Positions 40,085 through 50,127 of a stretch of 64,000 nt of DNA are shown here, piece by piece. Each line of letters opens with the position of its first letter. Position 1 is the first letter of the stretch. A program made the translations under genes and the position numbers. A model generated the notes under the pieces. It made no database searches. It was not told the origin of the DNA and was given only the letters and a program-made list of their open reading frames with translations. The stretch is from an uncultured Spirochaetota bacterium (GTDB lineage Bacteria; Spirochaetota; Spirochaetia; SZUA-6; Fen-1364), in NCBI GenBank assembly GCA_963745235.1, contig CAVUXE010000053.1, forward strand, positions 32,001-96,000, in the 5' to 3' direction.

Positions 40085-41215
40085 ATGGCAAAAAAGACGC
40101 GCATCGGGATCCTCACGGCAGGCGGTGACAGCCCCGGGTTGAACGCGGCCATCCGTGGGGTCGGGAAGGCGGCGCTGGGGCACTACGGGATGGAGTTCAT
40201 CGGCTTCCGCGACGGGTTCCGCGGGCTGGCGGAGAACCGTACCATGCAGCTGGACAAGACCACCTTGTCAGGCATCCTCACTGTCGGCGGCACCATCCTG
40301 GGAACGAGCAGGGACAAGCCGCACCGAATGGAAATCAACGGCCAGGCCCGCGACATGACGGCGGAGATCGTCGATGTCTGCAGAAAGAACAGCCTGAACG
40401 TCCTGGTATGCCTGGGCGGCGGAGGGACCCAGCGCAACGCCTTGCGGCTGGTGAAGGCCGGGCTCCCCGTGATAACGCTGCCCAAGACAATCGACAACGA
40501 TGTCGCCCTGACGGATGCGACCTTCGGATTCGACACGGCCATGGGGATCGCCACAGACGCCATTGACCGGCTGCACAGCACGGCGCACAGCCACCACCGC
40601 ATCGTCGTGGTGGAGGTCATGGGCAACCGGGCCGGGTGGCTCGCGCTCGGGGCCGGGATCGCCGGCGGCGCTGACGTGATTCTGATCCCGGAGATTCCCT
40701 ACGAGGTGGGCAGCATAGCGCAGGCAATCCGGGAGCGCAGCAGGCATGGCACGAACTTCAGCATCGTGGCGGTGGCCGAAGGCGCCATGAGCGGCGCGGA
40801 CTGGCACACGCGGCGGGCCGCGGAGCAGAAAAGGGCGGCGGCGCAGACCGAGACTGACCGGCAGGCCGCGCGCCTGGAGCTGGGAACGCTGGATACCCAC
40901 CATGAGGGCAACACAATGAGGCTCGCCCGGCAGCTGGAGGAGCTGACGGGCCTGGAATCACGCGTCACCATCCTGGGCTACGTCCAACGGGGAGGCACCC
41001 CCTCTCCCGCGGATCGCCTGCTGGCTACCCGCCTCGGGACCGCCTGCGCGGATTTCATCGCCCAGGGAGCTTTCGGCGTCATGGTGGCCGCCCGCGGGGA
41101 AGGAGTGGCCCCCGTGCCGATAGAGGAAGTTGCCGGAAAAGTGAAGACGGTTCCCCCGGACCATCCCTGGATCCAGACCGCGAGGCGGGTAGGGACCTGC
41201 CTCGGAGACCAATAG
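40085..41215 (+). CDS. pfkA: 6-phosphofructokinase (PfkA family, probably ATP-dependent)
   Basis: [23 protein letters not shown] (Gly at the ATP/PPi position), PKTIDND, EVMG and LGYVQRGG. Confidence 0.92.
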   Translation: MAKKTRIGILTAGGDSPGLNAAIRGVGKAALGHYGMEFIGFRDGFRGLAENRTMQLDKTTLSGILTVGGTILGTSRDKPHRMEINGQARDMTAEIVDVCRKNSLNVLVCLGGGGTQRNALRLVKAGLPVITLPKTIDNDVALTDATFGFDTAMGIATDAIDRLHSTAHSHHRIVVVEVMGNRAGWLALGAGIAGGADVILIPEIPYEVGSIAQAIRERSRHGTNFSIVAVAEGAMSGADWHTRRAAEQKRAAAQTETDRQAARLELGTLDTHHEGNTMRLARQLEELTGLESRVTILGYVQRGGTPSPADRLLATRLGTACADFIAQGAFGVMVAARGEGVAPVPIEEVAGKVKTVPPDHPWIQTARRVGTCLGDQ

Positions 41216-43084
41216 ATGGACCAGAAGGTGCTCCTGATCGATGCGCACACGGGCTTCTACAGGGTCCGCCGCTACGAGGTCGGGAGATTCTTTGGACCCG
41301 TTGACCTCGGTCTCCACCTTTCCTCCCACACGCAGTCCCTGAACATCGGCGTGGGCCTCCTCGCCGGCTCGATTTTCCCGGCTCGAACCGCCTCTTCGTG
41401 ACCGGGTTCTCCCCGTGCTGGCGCGGTTTCTTTGTCTCGTCCATGGGAGGTGCCGGCCTCGTGTTCGACAACCTCGGGCTGAACATGGTGTCCCTCATCG
41501 GCAAGGCGCCCCTCCCTTCCATCCTGTACCTGAACCGAAACCGCGGGGAGGAAGTGGAAGTGGAGCTCCTGCCCGTGCAGGCAACCGAGGTCTGGGCGCA
41601 CGGCCGGGGAGGCGCTTACGCGCTCATGGACCACGTGCACACGCTTCTCGGAGGCCGCTATGCAACCGACCCTCGGGTCCTCGCAACAGGACCGGCCGCG
41701 CTCTCCACGGACATGGGCGGCATTCTCTCGGTGCCTGTGGTCCAGGGAAAGCTCACCGCCGTGGATACCTGGGCCGGTCGGGGCGGCATGGGCAGCAAGA
41801 TGCTCCAGGAGCACGGGATTGCCGCCGTCATATTCGGCGGGACCTACGTGGATGAGGACTTCCGTGACAGGAAGGTGGCAGACGAGTGGTTCGAGGCCAA
41901 GTACAAGCAGCGGCTGCTTGCCAAGGACATGGAGGCAACCACCAAGTACCGCTACGACCCGAAGTTCGATACGGGAGGGACCTTCGGGGTGAACTACGCC
42001 GGGGTGAAGGGCCGCCTCATTGCCTTCAATTACAAGTCCCTCCTGCAGACGGAGGACAGCCGTCTGGAGCTGCACGAGAGGCTTATCCGGAATCACTACC
42101 TCGCGCAGTTCAACGAAGAGACAATCGTGCCCCGCCGGCAGCACACCTGCGGCGAGCCATGCTCCGCGGTGTGCAAGAAGATGAAGGATGACTACAAGAA
42201 GGACTACGAGCCCTATCAGGCCATGGGTCCCCTGTGCGGGGTCTTCGATCAGCGCGCCGCGGAAAAGCTCTGCCATCACGCGGACGTCCTGGGGTTTGAC
42301 GCAATCTCTGCCCGGCGGCGTCCTGGCCTGGATGATGGAGATGCTGGAGGAGGGGCAGCTCACCCAGGAGGATCTCGGCGTTTCGCGGCTGCCGCGGTGG
42401 CGGGTGGAAGGGTTCGACCCCGCGGCAGATTCCCTGCACAACGCGGAGCTGGGTGTGGAGCTCCTCGATTCCATCGTCATGTGCCGGGGAGTGGTGGACC
42501 TGTCGCAGGGAGCACGCAAGTGGGGGCGGCAGCTTTCACGGGCGCGCGGCAAGCGGCTCCTGGACAGCTTCGTGTACGTCGCCTTCGGGCGCCAGGGATG
42601 GATGGTCCCCAACCAGTACTGGGCTCCGGGGGTCCTTGCGCCCATGCCCATCATGGGGAAGTACTACATGTACTACGGCTTTGCCTTCGCGCCGCCGCGC
42701 ACGCTCGGCCGCCTGTGCGCGGAGAGGTTCCAGAAGGAGCTTCTCCTTGATACGGCTGGTTTCTGCCGGTTCCATCGCGGCTGGGCGGAGGAGACCGCTG
42801 CTGAGATATTCGGAAGCATTTTCGGCAAGAAAGATGAGCTCATAGAATCAACGGCGGTCACGGCGAGCAGGATAAACTCCCGCAACGCATCCGTATACTG
42901 GGAATCGGAGCGGAACGTCGACTTCGTGCTGTCCTTCCTGCGCCGGGCGCGCGACGTGGAAGGGGAGACGGATCCCGAGCTCGTGTCGTGGATCCAGCGC
43001 TTCGAGAAAGACCGGAAAGAGGCGGCGCTGGACTGGTGGTTCGAAGTGCGCAAGGGCGTGGATGAGAGCCTGAGGGAGTTCTGA
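41216..43084 (+). CDS. Glyceraldehyde-3-phosphate:ferredoxin oxidoreductase-like (AOR/tungsten family); frameshifts near 41380 and 42310
   Basis: AGSIFP, SSMGGAG, WAGRGGMGS, TTKYRYDPKFDTGGTFGVNY, TCGEPCSAVCKK, DYEPY..MGPLCG, GFDAI, MVPNQYWAPG and GFCRFHRGW, recalled as archaeal GAPOR motifs. Confidence 0.8.
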
Positions 43085-43160
43085 GGCGACAGCGATCCGA
43101 CGACGGGCCGTCGACGCTTCCTTCGTTGCATAGACCTCCGATCCGGCTTACACTTCCCTT

Positions 43161-43580
43161 ATGCGCATCCTGCGCTCGCGGCTTGCGGATTTTTGCAGGG
43201 CTCATTCCATAGAAATCCTCTACGCATTTGGAAGCAGGGCGCGTGCCGCCCTGGACTCCCTTGACGACGTTCGAAGCGGTTTTGAGAGCGCTGGGTCGGA
43301 CCTGGACATTGGCGCGAAAGTCTCGGTTGACTCGCGTGTCGACGTGCGTGAAAAGGCAGTGATTGCAGTGGGGCTCGAGGATTTGTTCGGCGTCTCCCGG
43401 GTGGACCTCGTTCTCCTGCACGAAGCGGATCCTTTCCTTGCCGCCAACGTTATCCGCGGTGAACGCCTCTATTCCGTGGATGCCCATGCTGCGGATGAGT
43501 ATGAGCTGTACGTTCTCCGCAGGGCAGGAGACTGCGCTCCTCTTGAGCGTGAGAGGCTCGCGCTGCTCGAGGAATCATGA
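43161..43580 (+). CDS. Minimal nucleotidyltransferase antitoxin (MntA-like)
   Basis: LYAFGSRA..SDLDIG and RVDLV; TTGCAT-17-TACACT promoter 6 nt upstream. Confidence 0.85.
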   Translation: MRILRSRLADFCRAHSIEILYAFGSRARAALDSLDDVRSGFESAGSDLDIGAKVSVDSRVDVREKAVIAVGLEDLFGVSRVDLVLLHEADPFLAANVIRGERLYSVDAHAADEYELYVLRRAGDCAPLERERLALLEES

Positions 43581-44158
43581 GCCCGGGGAAAGTGTCGCGG
43601 AGAATCCTCCTGGACCGCCTCTCGTGGGTGGATCGGATGATTTCGGGGATCCGCTCCCTTCCCTTGCAAAGCATGAGCGCGTTTGCTTCCGACTCACGAA
43701 ATGTCTGGAATGCGGAGTCCTGCCTCAGGAGGGCGCTTGAAGCCCTCTTTGATATCGGGCGGCACGTCCTGGCCAAGGGTTTTGGGAAAGGGGTTTCCGA
43801 GTACCGGGAGATCGCGGACAAGCTTGCTGAAAGCGGCGTTCTCTCAGGGCCGCAATCCCAGCTTCTCAAGATTCTTGCGGGCTACCGAAACAGGCTTGTT
43901 CATTTCTACCACGAGGTCTCTCTGGATGAGCTTTCCCAGACCTGCACCACCCAGCTCGGAGATGTCGTCGCGATGAGAGACGCCTTCCGTGCGTGGCTCG
44001 ACTCGCACCCCCCGCTCATCGACGACAGTCTCTCGGCGGCTTCCCCGTATGCATCACGAGGAACTTCACGATCTCAAAGCAGATGTGGTTCCCGCGCGCC
44101 GCTCATAAGCGGTCCACGGCGTCGTCGTACTGCTCCCGTGTGTCGATGTCCCGGGTGA
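43577..44158 (+). CDS. HEPN/DUF86 ribonuclease toxin (HepT-like); homologous part ends near 44030
   Basis: GYRNRLVHFY (RX4HXY); ATGA overlap with the MNT gene; read-through tail after IDDSL. Confidence 0.85.
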   Translation: MSPGKVSRRILLDRLSWVDRMISGIRSLPLQSMSAFASDSRNVWNAESCLRRALEALFDIGRHVLAKGFGKGVSEYREIADKLAESGVLSGPQSQLLKILAGYRNRLVHFYHEVSLDELSQTCTTQLGDVVAMRDAFRAWLDSHPPLIDDSLSAASPYASRGTSRSQSRCGSRAPLISGPRRRRTAPVCRCPG

Positions 44159-44675
44159 CGGAGTCCTCAGGCCACGGGACTTCCTCCACCGTGAAGCGTG
44201 AAAGAAGACTCGGCATGGAACCCGTCACCGGGTCAGCAGCCAGGACCGCATCACGGACGGCTTTCCCCAGGAGGACAGGGTGCCCTCTCTCCCCATCGAA
44301 AACAGGGAATATCGCGTCGGCGTATTCGGCGCGGAGCAGGGATGAGTAGACATCCCGCGTAATGAAAGGCTTGTCTGCAAGAACGATGAAGAACCGCTCC
44401 GTGTCCACGCAGGAGGCGCCGCGTTGGATGGAGGAGAACATCCCCCTCTCCCAGCCCGGGTTTGCAGCAAGAGTCACCCTGTCGTCTCCTCGCAGGACGG
44501 CCGCAAGCTCGGACCCCCGGTAGCCGGTGACGACGATCACCCGCTGGCACGCGGAAAGGGCGGTTCGCACGACGGTCTGGATGATGGTTGATCCACGGAA
44601 CGGAAGGAGGGGTTTCCACTGACCCATGCGGGCGGAACGCCCCGCCGCCGGGACGATGCAGGTCACCGGGTCCAC
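44103..44675 (-). CDS. Molybdenum cofactor cytidylyltransferase-like nucleotidyltransferase (MocA/YgfJ-like)
   Basis: IVPAAGRSARMGQWK, NPGWERGMFSSI, LADKP, GHPVL and DIDTREQY. Confidence 0.85.
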   Translation of the reverse strand: MDPVTCIVPAAGRSARMGQWKPLLPFRGSTIIQTVVRTALSACQRVIVVTGYRGSELAAVLRGDDRVTLAANPGWERGMFSSIQRGASCVDTERFFIVLADKPFITRDVYSSLLRAEYADAIFPVFDGERGHPVLLGKAVRDAVLAADPVTGSMPSLLSRFTVEEVPWPEDSVTRDIDTREQYDDAVDRL

Positions 44676-44757
44676 GCGACATGCTACACGCGGCCGCCGC
44701 CCGGCGCAAGGCGCTCCGACCTTGACCGTCCCATGGCGGAACTGTATCGTGAACCGG

Positions 44758-45973
44758 ATGACGTACAGGTATGATCCGGCTTTCATCCGCGCCATCCCCA
44801 AGACGGACCTGCACGTTCACCTCGACGGGTCCCTTCGAATCGGCACCCTGATCGAGCTTGCGCGGGAACGGAAGGTCGAGCTCCCGTCCTTCACGGAGGA
44901 AGGGTTGAATGAAAAGGTCTTCAAGCCCTCCTATGCGAATCTCCTCGAGTACCTGAGCGGCTTCACCTGGACTCTCAAGGTCCTTCAGGACAAGGAGTCG
45001 CTGGAAAGAGCGGCATACGAGCTCGCAATGGACAACTGGGCGGAGGGGGTCAGGTACCTCGAGGTCCGCTTCGCTCCGCAGCTTCACATGTCCCCCTCAT
45101 TTGGCCTGGACGGGGTGGTGCAGGCAGTGGACGGGGGGCTCCGCAGGGCGCGGGAGGAGATAAACCGCGGCCTGGCGGACACCGAGCCTCCCTTCGACTA
45201 CGGTGTGATCCTCTGCGCTATGCGTTTCTTCACCCCCGAGTTCTCCGAGTACTACCGGAACCTCACCCGGGTCCTTTCCGCTTCCAGCAGCCATGACATC
45301 ATCCGGACGGCGGGGCTGGAGCTTGCCCGGGCCGCCGTGCGGCTTCGCCGGGAAACGGCTCTGCAGGTGGTCGGCTTCGACCTTGCCGGGCAGTGAAGAA
45401 GGCTATCCGGCAAGCGAGCACGAGGAGGCCTACGAGTATGTCCACCGGCATTTCCTGAAGAAGACCGTCCACGCGGGAGAGGCGTACGGGCCCGAATCGG
45501 TCTTCCAGGCCATCGCCAAGCTGCACGCGGACAGGATAGGACACGGGCTGCACATGTTCGACGAGGACATGATCTCCACGGGCAGCGAGCCGGAGAAGAA
45601 GGCGTACGTGGAAAACCTGGTGAACTATATTGCGGAAAACCGCACCACCATCGAGGTCTGTCTCACGAGCAACCTCCAGACCTCTCCGGGCCTTGTGGAT
45701 GTGCGGGACCATTCCCTGCAGAAGATGCTGGACCACCGCCTGTCCCTGACGTTCTGCACGGACAACAGGCTCGTATCCCACACCACCGTCACGAGGGAGC
45801 TCACTCTTGCCCTGGACAATTTCTCCATCCCGCCGGACCAGCTCAAAGACATCATCGTCTACGGATTCAAGCGCTCGTTCTACTACCACCCCTACTCGGA
45901 AAAGAGGAAGTGGGTGCGGAACGTCATCGACTATTACGAGGCGGTAGAGGAAAAGTTCGGGATCGATTCGTAG
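44758..45973 (+). CDS. add: Adenosine deaminase family protein; frameshift near 45390
   Basis: PKTDLHVHLDGS, EVRFAP, FDLAG, TVHAGE, RIGHG, EVCLTSN and CTDN. Confidence 0.88.
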
Positions 45974-46073
45974 AGGCCTGACAAGTCTTTTTACAATTCT
46001 TTTTCCTCGACGTGACAACACAGTCGCCTCTGGGCGCCACACTGGAATCATGAACCGAACACAGGAGGCGCAT

Positions 46074-48347
46074 GTGAGAAGCAATCCCATCGGAATCTGG
46101 ATGATGGCCCTGTTCCTGGTTTGCATGGCGCCGGCCGTCGGCCGGCCGGACGGGCTCATCGTGGTGAGCGATCCGCCGCCCGCCGCCCCGGGGCATTTCG
46201 GTTTTGCCCCTCTTCAGGTCCTCTACCATCGCGTCAATGTGGCCGTGAACGGCCTGGTGGCGGTCACGGAAGTGGACCAGGAGTTCTTCAACGCGGGCAG
46301 CCAGCGGCTGGAAGGCACGTATGTCTTTCCCATACCGACGGGCGCCAACATCGATCGATTTTCCCTGGAGGTGGGCGGGAGAATGATGGACGCGGAATTG
46401 CTCCCCGCGGACAAGGCCAGGTCACTGTACGAGGAGATCGTGCGCAAGGAGCGGGACCCTGCCCTCCTGGAATACGCCGGCCGGGGCGCGTTCACCCTGC
46501 GGATCTTTCCCATCGAGCCGCATTCCGGCAAGAGGATCAGGATCAGGTACACGCAGCTCCTGACAAGCGACTCGGGCATGACACAGTACGTCTACACGCT
46601 GGGCACGGAGAAGTTCAGCTCGATCCCGGTTTCCGAGGTCTCCGTGCACATGACCATCGACGGCGAGCAGCCCTTGAAGACCATCTACAGCCCGAGCCAC
46701 GACGTCGAGGTAAAACGGCAGGGTGACAGGCGCGCCGTGATCGGATGGGAGACCAGGAACGCGTGGCCGGACACTGATTTCAAGGTCATATTCTCACGGA
46801 CCCCGAATTCCCTGGGCATCGATTTCATGGCAAGCAGGCAGCCGGGGAAGGACGGGTACTTCGTCCTCCTGGCCTCTCCCGGCATGACCGTTGAGAAGGG
46901 AAGCATTTCAGCCAAGGACGTCTGTTTCGTGCTGGACACCTCGGGGTCAATGGCGGGCGCCAAGCTTGCGCAGGCAAAGAAGGCTCTCCGGTTCTGCCTT
47001 GCCAGCCTTGCGCCGCGTGACAGGTTCGACGTCGTGCGCTTCTCCACCGAGGCAGAGCCGCTCTTTCAGTCCCTGGTCCCCGCGGACGGGCACCACGTTG
47101 CGCAGGCGGAGGATTTCGTGGACGGCCTCTCCGCAATGGGCGGAACGGCGATCGCGGATGCGCTGGACACGGCGCTCTCCCTCCGGGAGGCCGGTGAACG
47201 GCCGTACATGGTCATCTTTCTGACTGACGGCATCCCCACGGTCGGAGAAACCTCCGAAGACGCGCTGGTGGACCGGGTCACCCATGCCGGCCGCGCCACG
47301 CGGATCTTCTCCTTCGGCATAGGGAACGACGTGAACACTCACCTCCTGGACAGGATAGCGTCCGAGACTCGAGCGGTGAGCCAGTACGTGCTTCCCGAGG
47401 AGGACATCGAGCTCAAGGTGAGCTCCTTCTACGCCAGGATCAACGAGCCGGTCTTTTCCGACCTGACACTTTCCTTCACGAACCCTGCCGTCCATGTCAC
47501 GCAGCTGCTTCCGTCTGCACTCCCTGACCTTTTCAACGGCGACATGCTCGTGGTTTTCGGGAGGTACTCGGGCTCGGGCGCTCGGGGCTGTGCGGGATCA
47601 GCGGTCAATTCAATGGCGGGAAAGCGGGAGTTCGCCGCGGACCTCACCTTTCCCGCCGAACAGGCCGGCAACGACTACATCCCCCGGCTCTGGGCCGCGC
47701 GCCGGGTCGGCTGGCTCCTGGACGAGATCAGGCTGCACGGAGAGTCCGCGGAGCTGGTGGATGAGGTCATCCGCCTTGCGCGGGAGTTCGCCATCGTGAC
47801 CCCGTACACCGCTTCCCTCATCCTGGAGGATGAGGAAAAGCGAAACGTGCCGTCTTCACTGCGCTCGTTCCAGGAGCTGGGGGACGACGTCAGCGCCCGC
47901 GACAACGCTCGGAGCAGGCTGGACTCGGTTCGGCGGGAAGCCGCTTCGGAATCGAGCAGGGCAGGCGCCCCCGCTGTCCAGAACTCCATTGCCATGAACG
48001 ACCTGAAGGCCAGCCAGAACCTCGGCCAGGCAGCCCAGTCCTCGGGGCTTGAAAAGGCGGCGTCGGCGCCGCCTGCCGCCGGCTACAAGGCCGCGCAGAG
48101 GAACAACTACGCTCAGCAGGTGCGGGTGGTGAACGGACGCGCCTTCTATCAGAACGGGAACGTCTGGACTGACTCTACTGCTCAGTCGAAAAAGTCGTTG
48201 AAGGAGAGGCGCGTTTCATTCGGCAGCCGTGACTACTTCGACCTGCTTGCCAGGACCCCGGCGCTCTCCTCGTGGCTTGCGCTGGGAAACAATGTGGATG
48301 TCGTCGTTGACGACACTCTATACAGCATTCGCGACTCAGGGAGATGA
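46074..48347 (+). CDS. Exported VIT + vWA domain protein
   Basis: Signal peptide; VIT (EVDQEF.N..LEG.Y.FP, DPALLEY); MIDAS DTSGS, GGT and FLTDG; WAARRVG.LL and VTPYT; probable local double frameshift near 47585-47615. Confidence 0.88.
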   Translation: MRSNPIGIWMMALFLVCMAPAVGRPDGLIVVSDPPPAAPGHFGFAPLQVLYHRVNVAVNGLVAVTEVDQEFFNAGSQRLEGTYVFPIPTGANIDRFSLEVGGRMMDAELLPADKARSLYEEIVRKERDPALLEYAGRGAFTLRIFPIEPHSGKRIRIRYTQLLTSDSGMTQYVYTLGTEKFSSIPVSEVSVHMTIDGEQPLKTIYSPSHDVEVKRQGDRRAVIGWETRNAWPDTDFKVIFSRTPNSLGIDFMASRQPGKDGYFVLLASPGMTVEKGSISAKDVCFVLDTSGSMAGAKLAQAKKALRFCLASLAPRDRFDVVRFSTEAEPLFQSLVPADGHHVAQAEDFVDGLSAMGGTAIADALDTALSLREAGERPYMVIFLTDGIPTVGETSEDALVDRVTHAGRATRIFSFGIGNDVNTHLLDRIASETRAVSQYVLPEEDIELKVSSFYARINEPVFSDLTLSFTNPAVHVTQLLPSALPDLFNGDMLVVFGRYSGSGARGCAGSAVNSMAGKREFAADLTFPAEQAGNDYIPRLWAARRVGWLLDEIRLHGESAELVDEVIRLAREFAIVTPYTASLILEDEEKRNVPSSLRSFQELGDDVSARDNARSRLDSVRREAASESSRAGAPAVQNSIAMNDLKASQNLGQAAQSSGLEKAASAPPAAGYKAAQRNNYAQQVRVVNGRAFYQNGNVWTDSTAQSKKSLKERRVSFGSRDYFDLLARTPALSSWLALGNNVDVVVDDTLYSIRDSGR

Positions 48348-48351
48348 GAAG

Positions 48352-49493
48352 ATGAAAAGGATCGTGTCAGCGGTTCTGCTCGCGGCTGCATCGCTTGTTT
48401 TCGCAGCGTCCGGTTTTGCGGCGCCGGATCCCAAGGGTTCTGCCTCTCCCGGGCCTGGCTTCACCGCCGGGAAACCGCGCGTGGAGGTGACTTTCGTCCT
48501 GGACTCCACGGGCTCCATGGGAGGGCTGATCGAAGGGGCCAAGCAGAAGATCTGGTCCATCGCGAATGCCATTATTTCGCGCACGCCGACCCCCGAGGTG
48601 CGGATCGGGCTCGTCACCTACCGTGACAGGGGGGACGAGTACGTCACGCGGCGATTCGACCTCACGGAGGATATCGATTCGGTATACAGGAACCTCCAGT
48701 CCATCACCGCGGACGGCGGAGGGGATGACCCGGAGAGCGTGAACCAGGCTCTCCATGAGGCGGTCACGGACCTCGCCTGGACTCGCGGCGCGAAAGTGCT
48801 GAAGATCATTTTCCTGGTCGGTGACTATCCGCCGCACATGGACTACCCTGACGACGTGAAGTATCCGGTCACTGCCCGGGAGGCCGTGCAGACGGGGCAT
48901 CATCATCGACACGGTGCAGTGCGGAGACGTTGCGGAAACCACGCCCGTGTGGAAGGAAATAGCCCGCATGGCCGACGGCTCCTTCGTGGCGCTGGCGCAG
49001 TCAGGCAACATGACGGCCATGACCACCCCGTACGACGAGGAGATTGCACGGACGAGCGCGGAGATAGGCTCCACCGTCATCACCTACGGGGACGCGAAGA
49101 AGCAGGAAGAGTCACGGAGCAAGGTCGCAAAGGCGGCCGGGGCGCCGTCCACCGTGGCCGCGGACAGGGCCGCTTACAACCTTGCCAGCGGCGGCAAGGC
49201 CATCCAGGGGACGGGGGACCTGGTGGAGGACCTCAGGGAAGGGAGAGTTGACCTGGGCCGGCTCCCGCTGAAACAGCTCCCTCTCGAGCTGCAAGGCATG
49301 AGCCCAGCCCAGAGGAAAGAATACGTGGCGTCCCAGCAGGCAAGGCGGGACGCGCTGAATGCGCGCCTGGCGGAGCTCTCAGAGAAGCGCGCGGACTACG
49401 CTCTGAAAGAACGGCGAGCGGCCGCCGGGCAGCGACGCCTTCGACACGAAGGTCTCCGAGATCATATCCACTCAGGTCGCGCGGGTGCGATAG
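48352..49493 (+). CDS. Exported vWA domain protein; frameshifts near 48890 and 49430
   Basis: Signal peptide, VLDSTGSM, YRDRGD, GGGDDPE, LVGDYPPH and VQCG; likely end DAFDTKVSEIISTQVARVR then stop. Confidence 0.8.
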
Positions 49494-49540
49494 GGCAGGG
49501 AGGTGTGGGGGGCGCGCCCGAGCTGGCCGCCCCGCCGCCT

Positions 49541-50008
49541 CTATCTACCGAGAAAACCCCGAAACTCGTTCTCCCTCATGATCTCCAGGAACACGGATGA
49601 GGAGTCCTGCAGGCCCACCTGGAGGGCGTGGGCAGAGAAAAGCCTGCTGAACGCGGACATGGGGTGCAGTGCCCCGGGGGCCATTCCTCCGCTGATGCAC
49701 TTGTAGGCCCCGGTGCGCGAGACCACGCGGCTGAATGTGACCTCCGCCCTGTCGAAGCTGAGCTCGGTCTTCTCGTACTTCTGGCGTGAGCCCAGGATCT
49801 TCGAAAGCCAGTTGTCTCTTTCGAAGTCTTCGAACCAGATCCGTTCTCCGACGGTGTACAGGAGCCCGGGAAGCCCGAGCGGTCCGTCACCCGAACGCCC
49901 CAGGAGCGTGGCGAAGGTGAAGAGCCCGATCTCGCCTCCTCTCTTTTCTCCCGTCTTGCGCCAGAACTCGGCCGGGTTCTCGTCCTGCCGCCTGCTCCAC
50001 AACTGCAT
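49541..50008 (-). CDS. Hypothetical protein
   Basis: MQLWSRRQDENPAEFW..GLLY..WFEDFE; AGGGG RBS; fills the gap between neighbours. Confidence 0.7.
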   Translation of the reverse strand: MQLWSRRQDENPAEFWRKTGEKRGGEIGLFTFATLLGRSGDGPLGLPGLLYTVGERIWFEDFERDNWLSKILGSRQKYEKTELSFDRAEVTFSRVVSRTGAYKCISGGMAPGALHPMSAFSRLFSAHALQVGLQDSSSVFLEIMRENEFRGFLGR

Positions 50009-50127
50009 CAAAGCCCCCTTGCAGGGGACACAATAGTCCCGCGGCACGGGGGCGTCAATCTATTGATTCTCTCCGCCGATTGATTGCATTCTTCGATCGA
50101 CACCATTCGTTGCGTCAGGAGGGGGAA

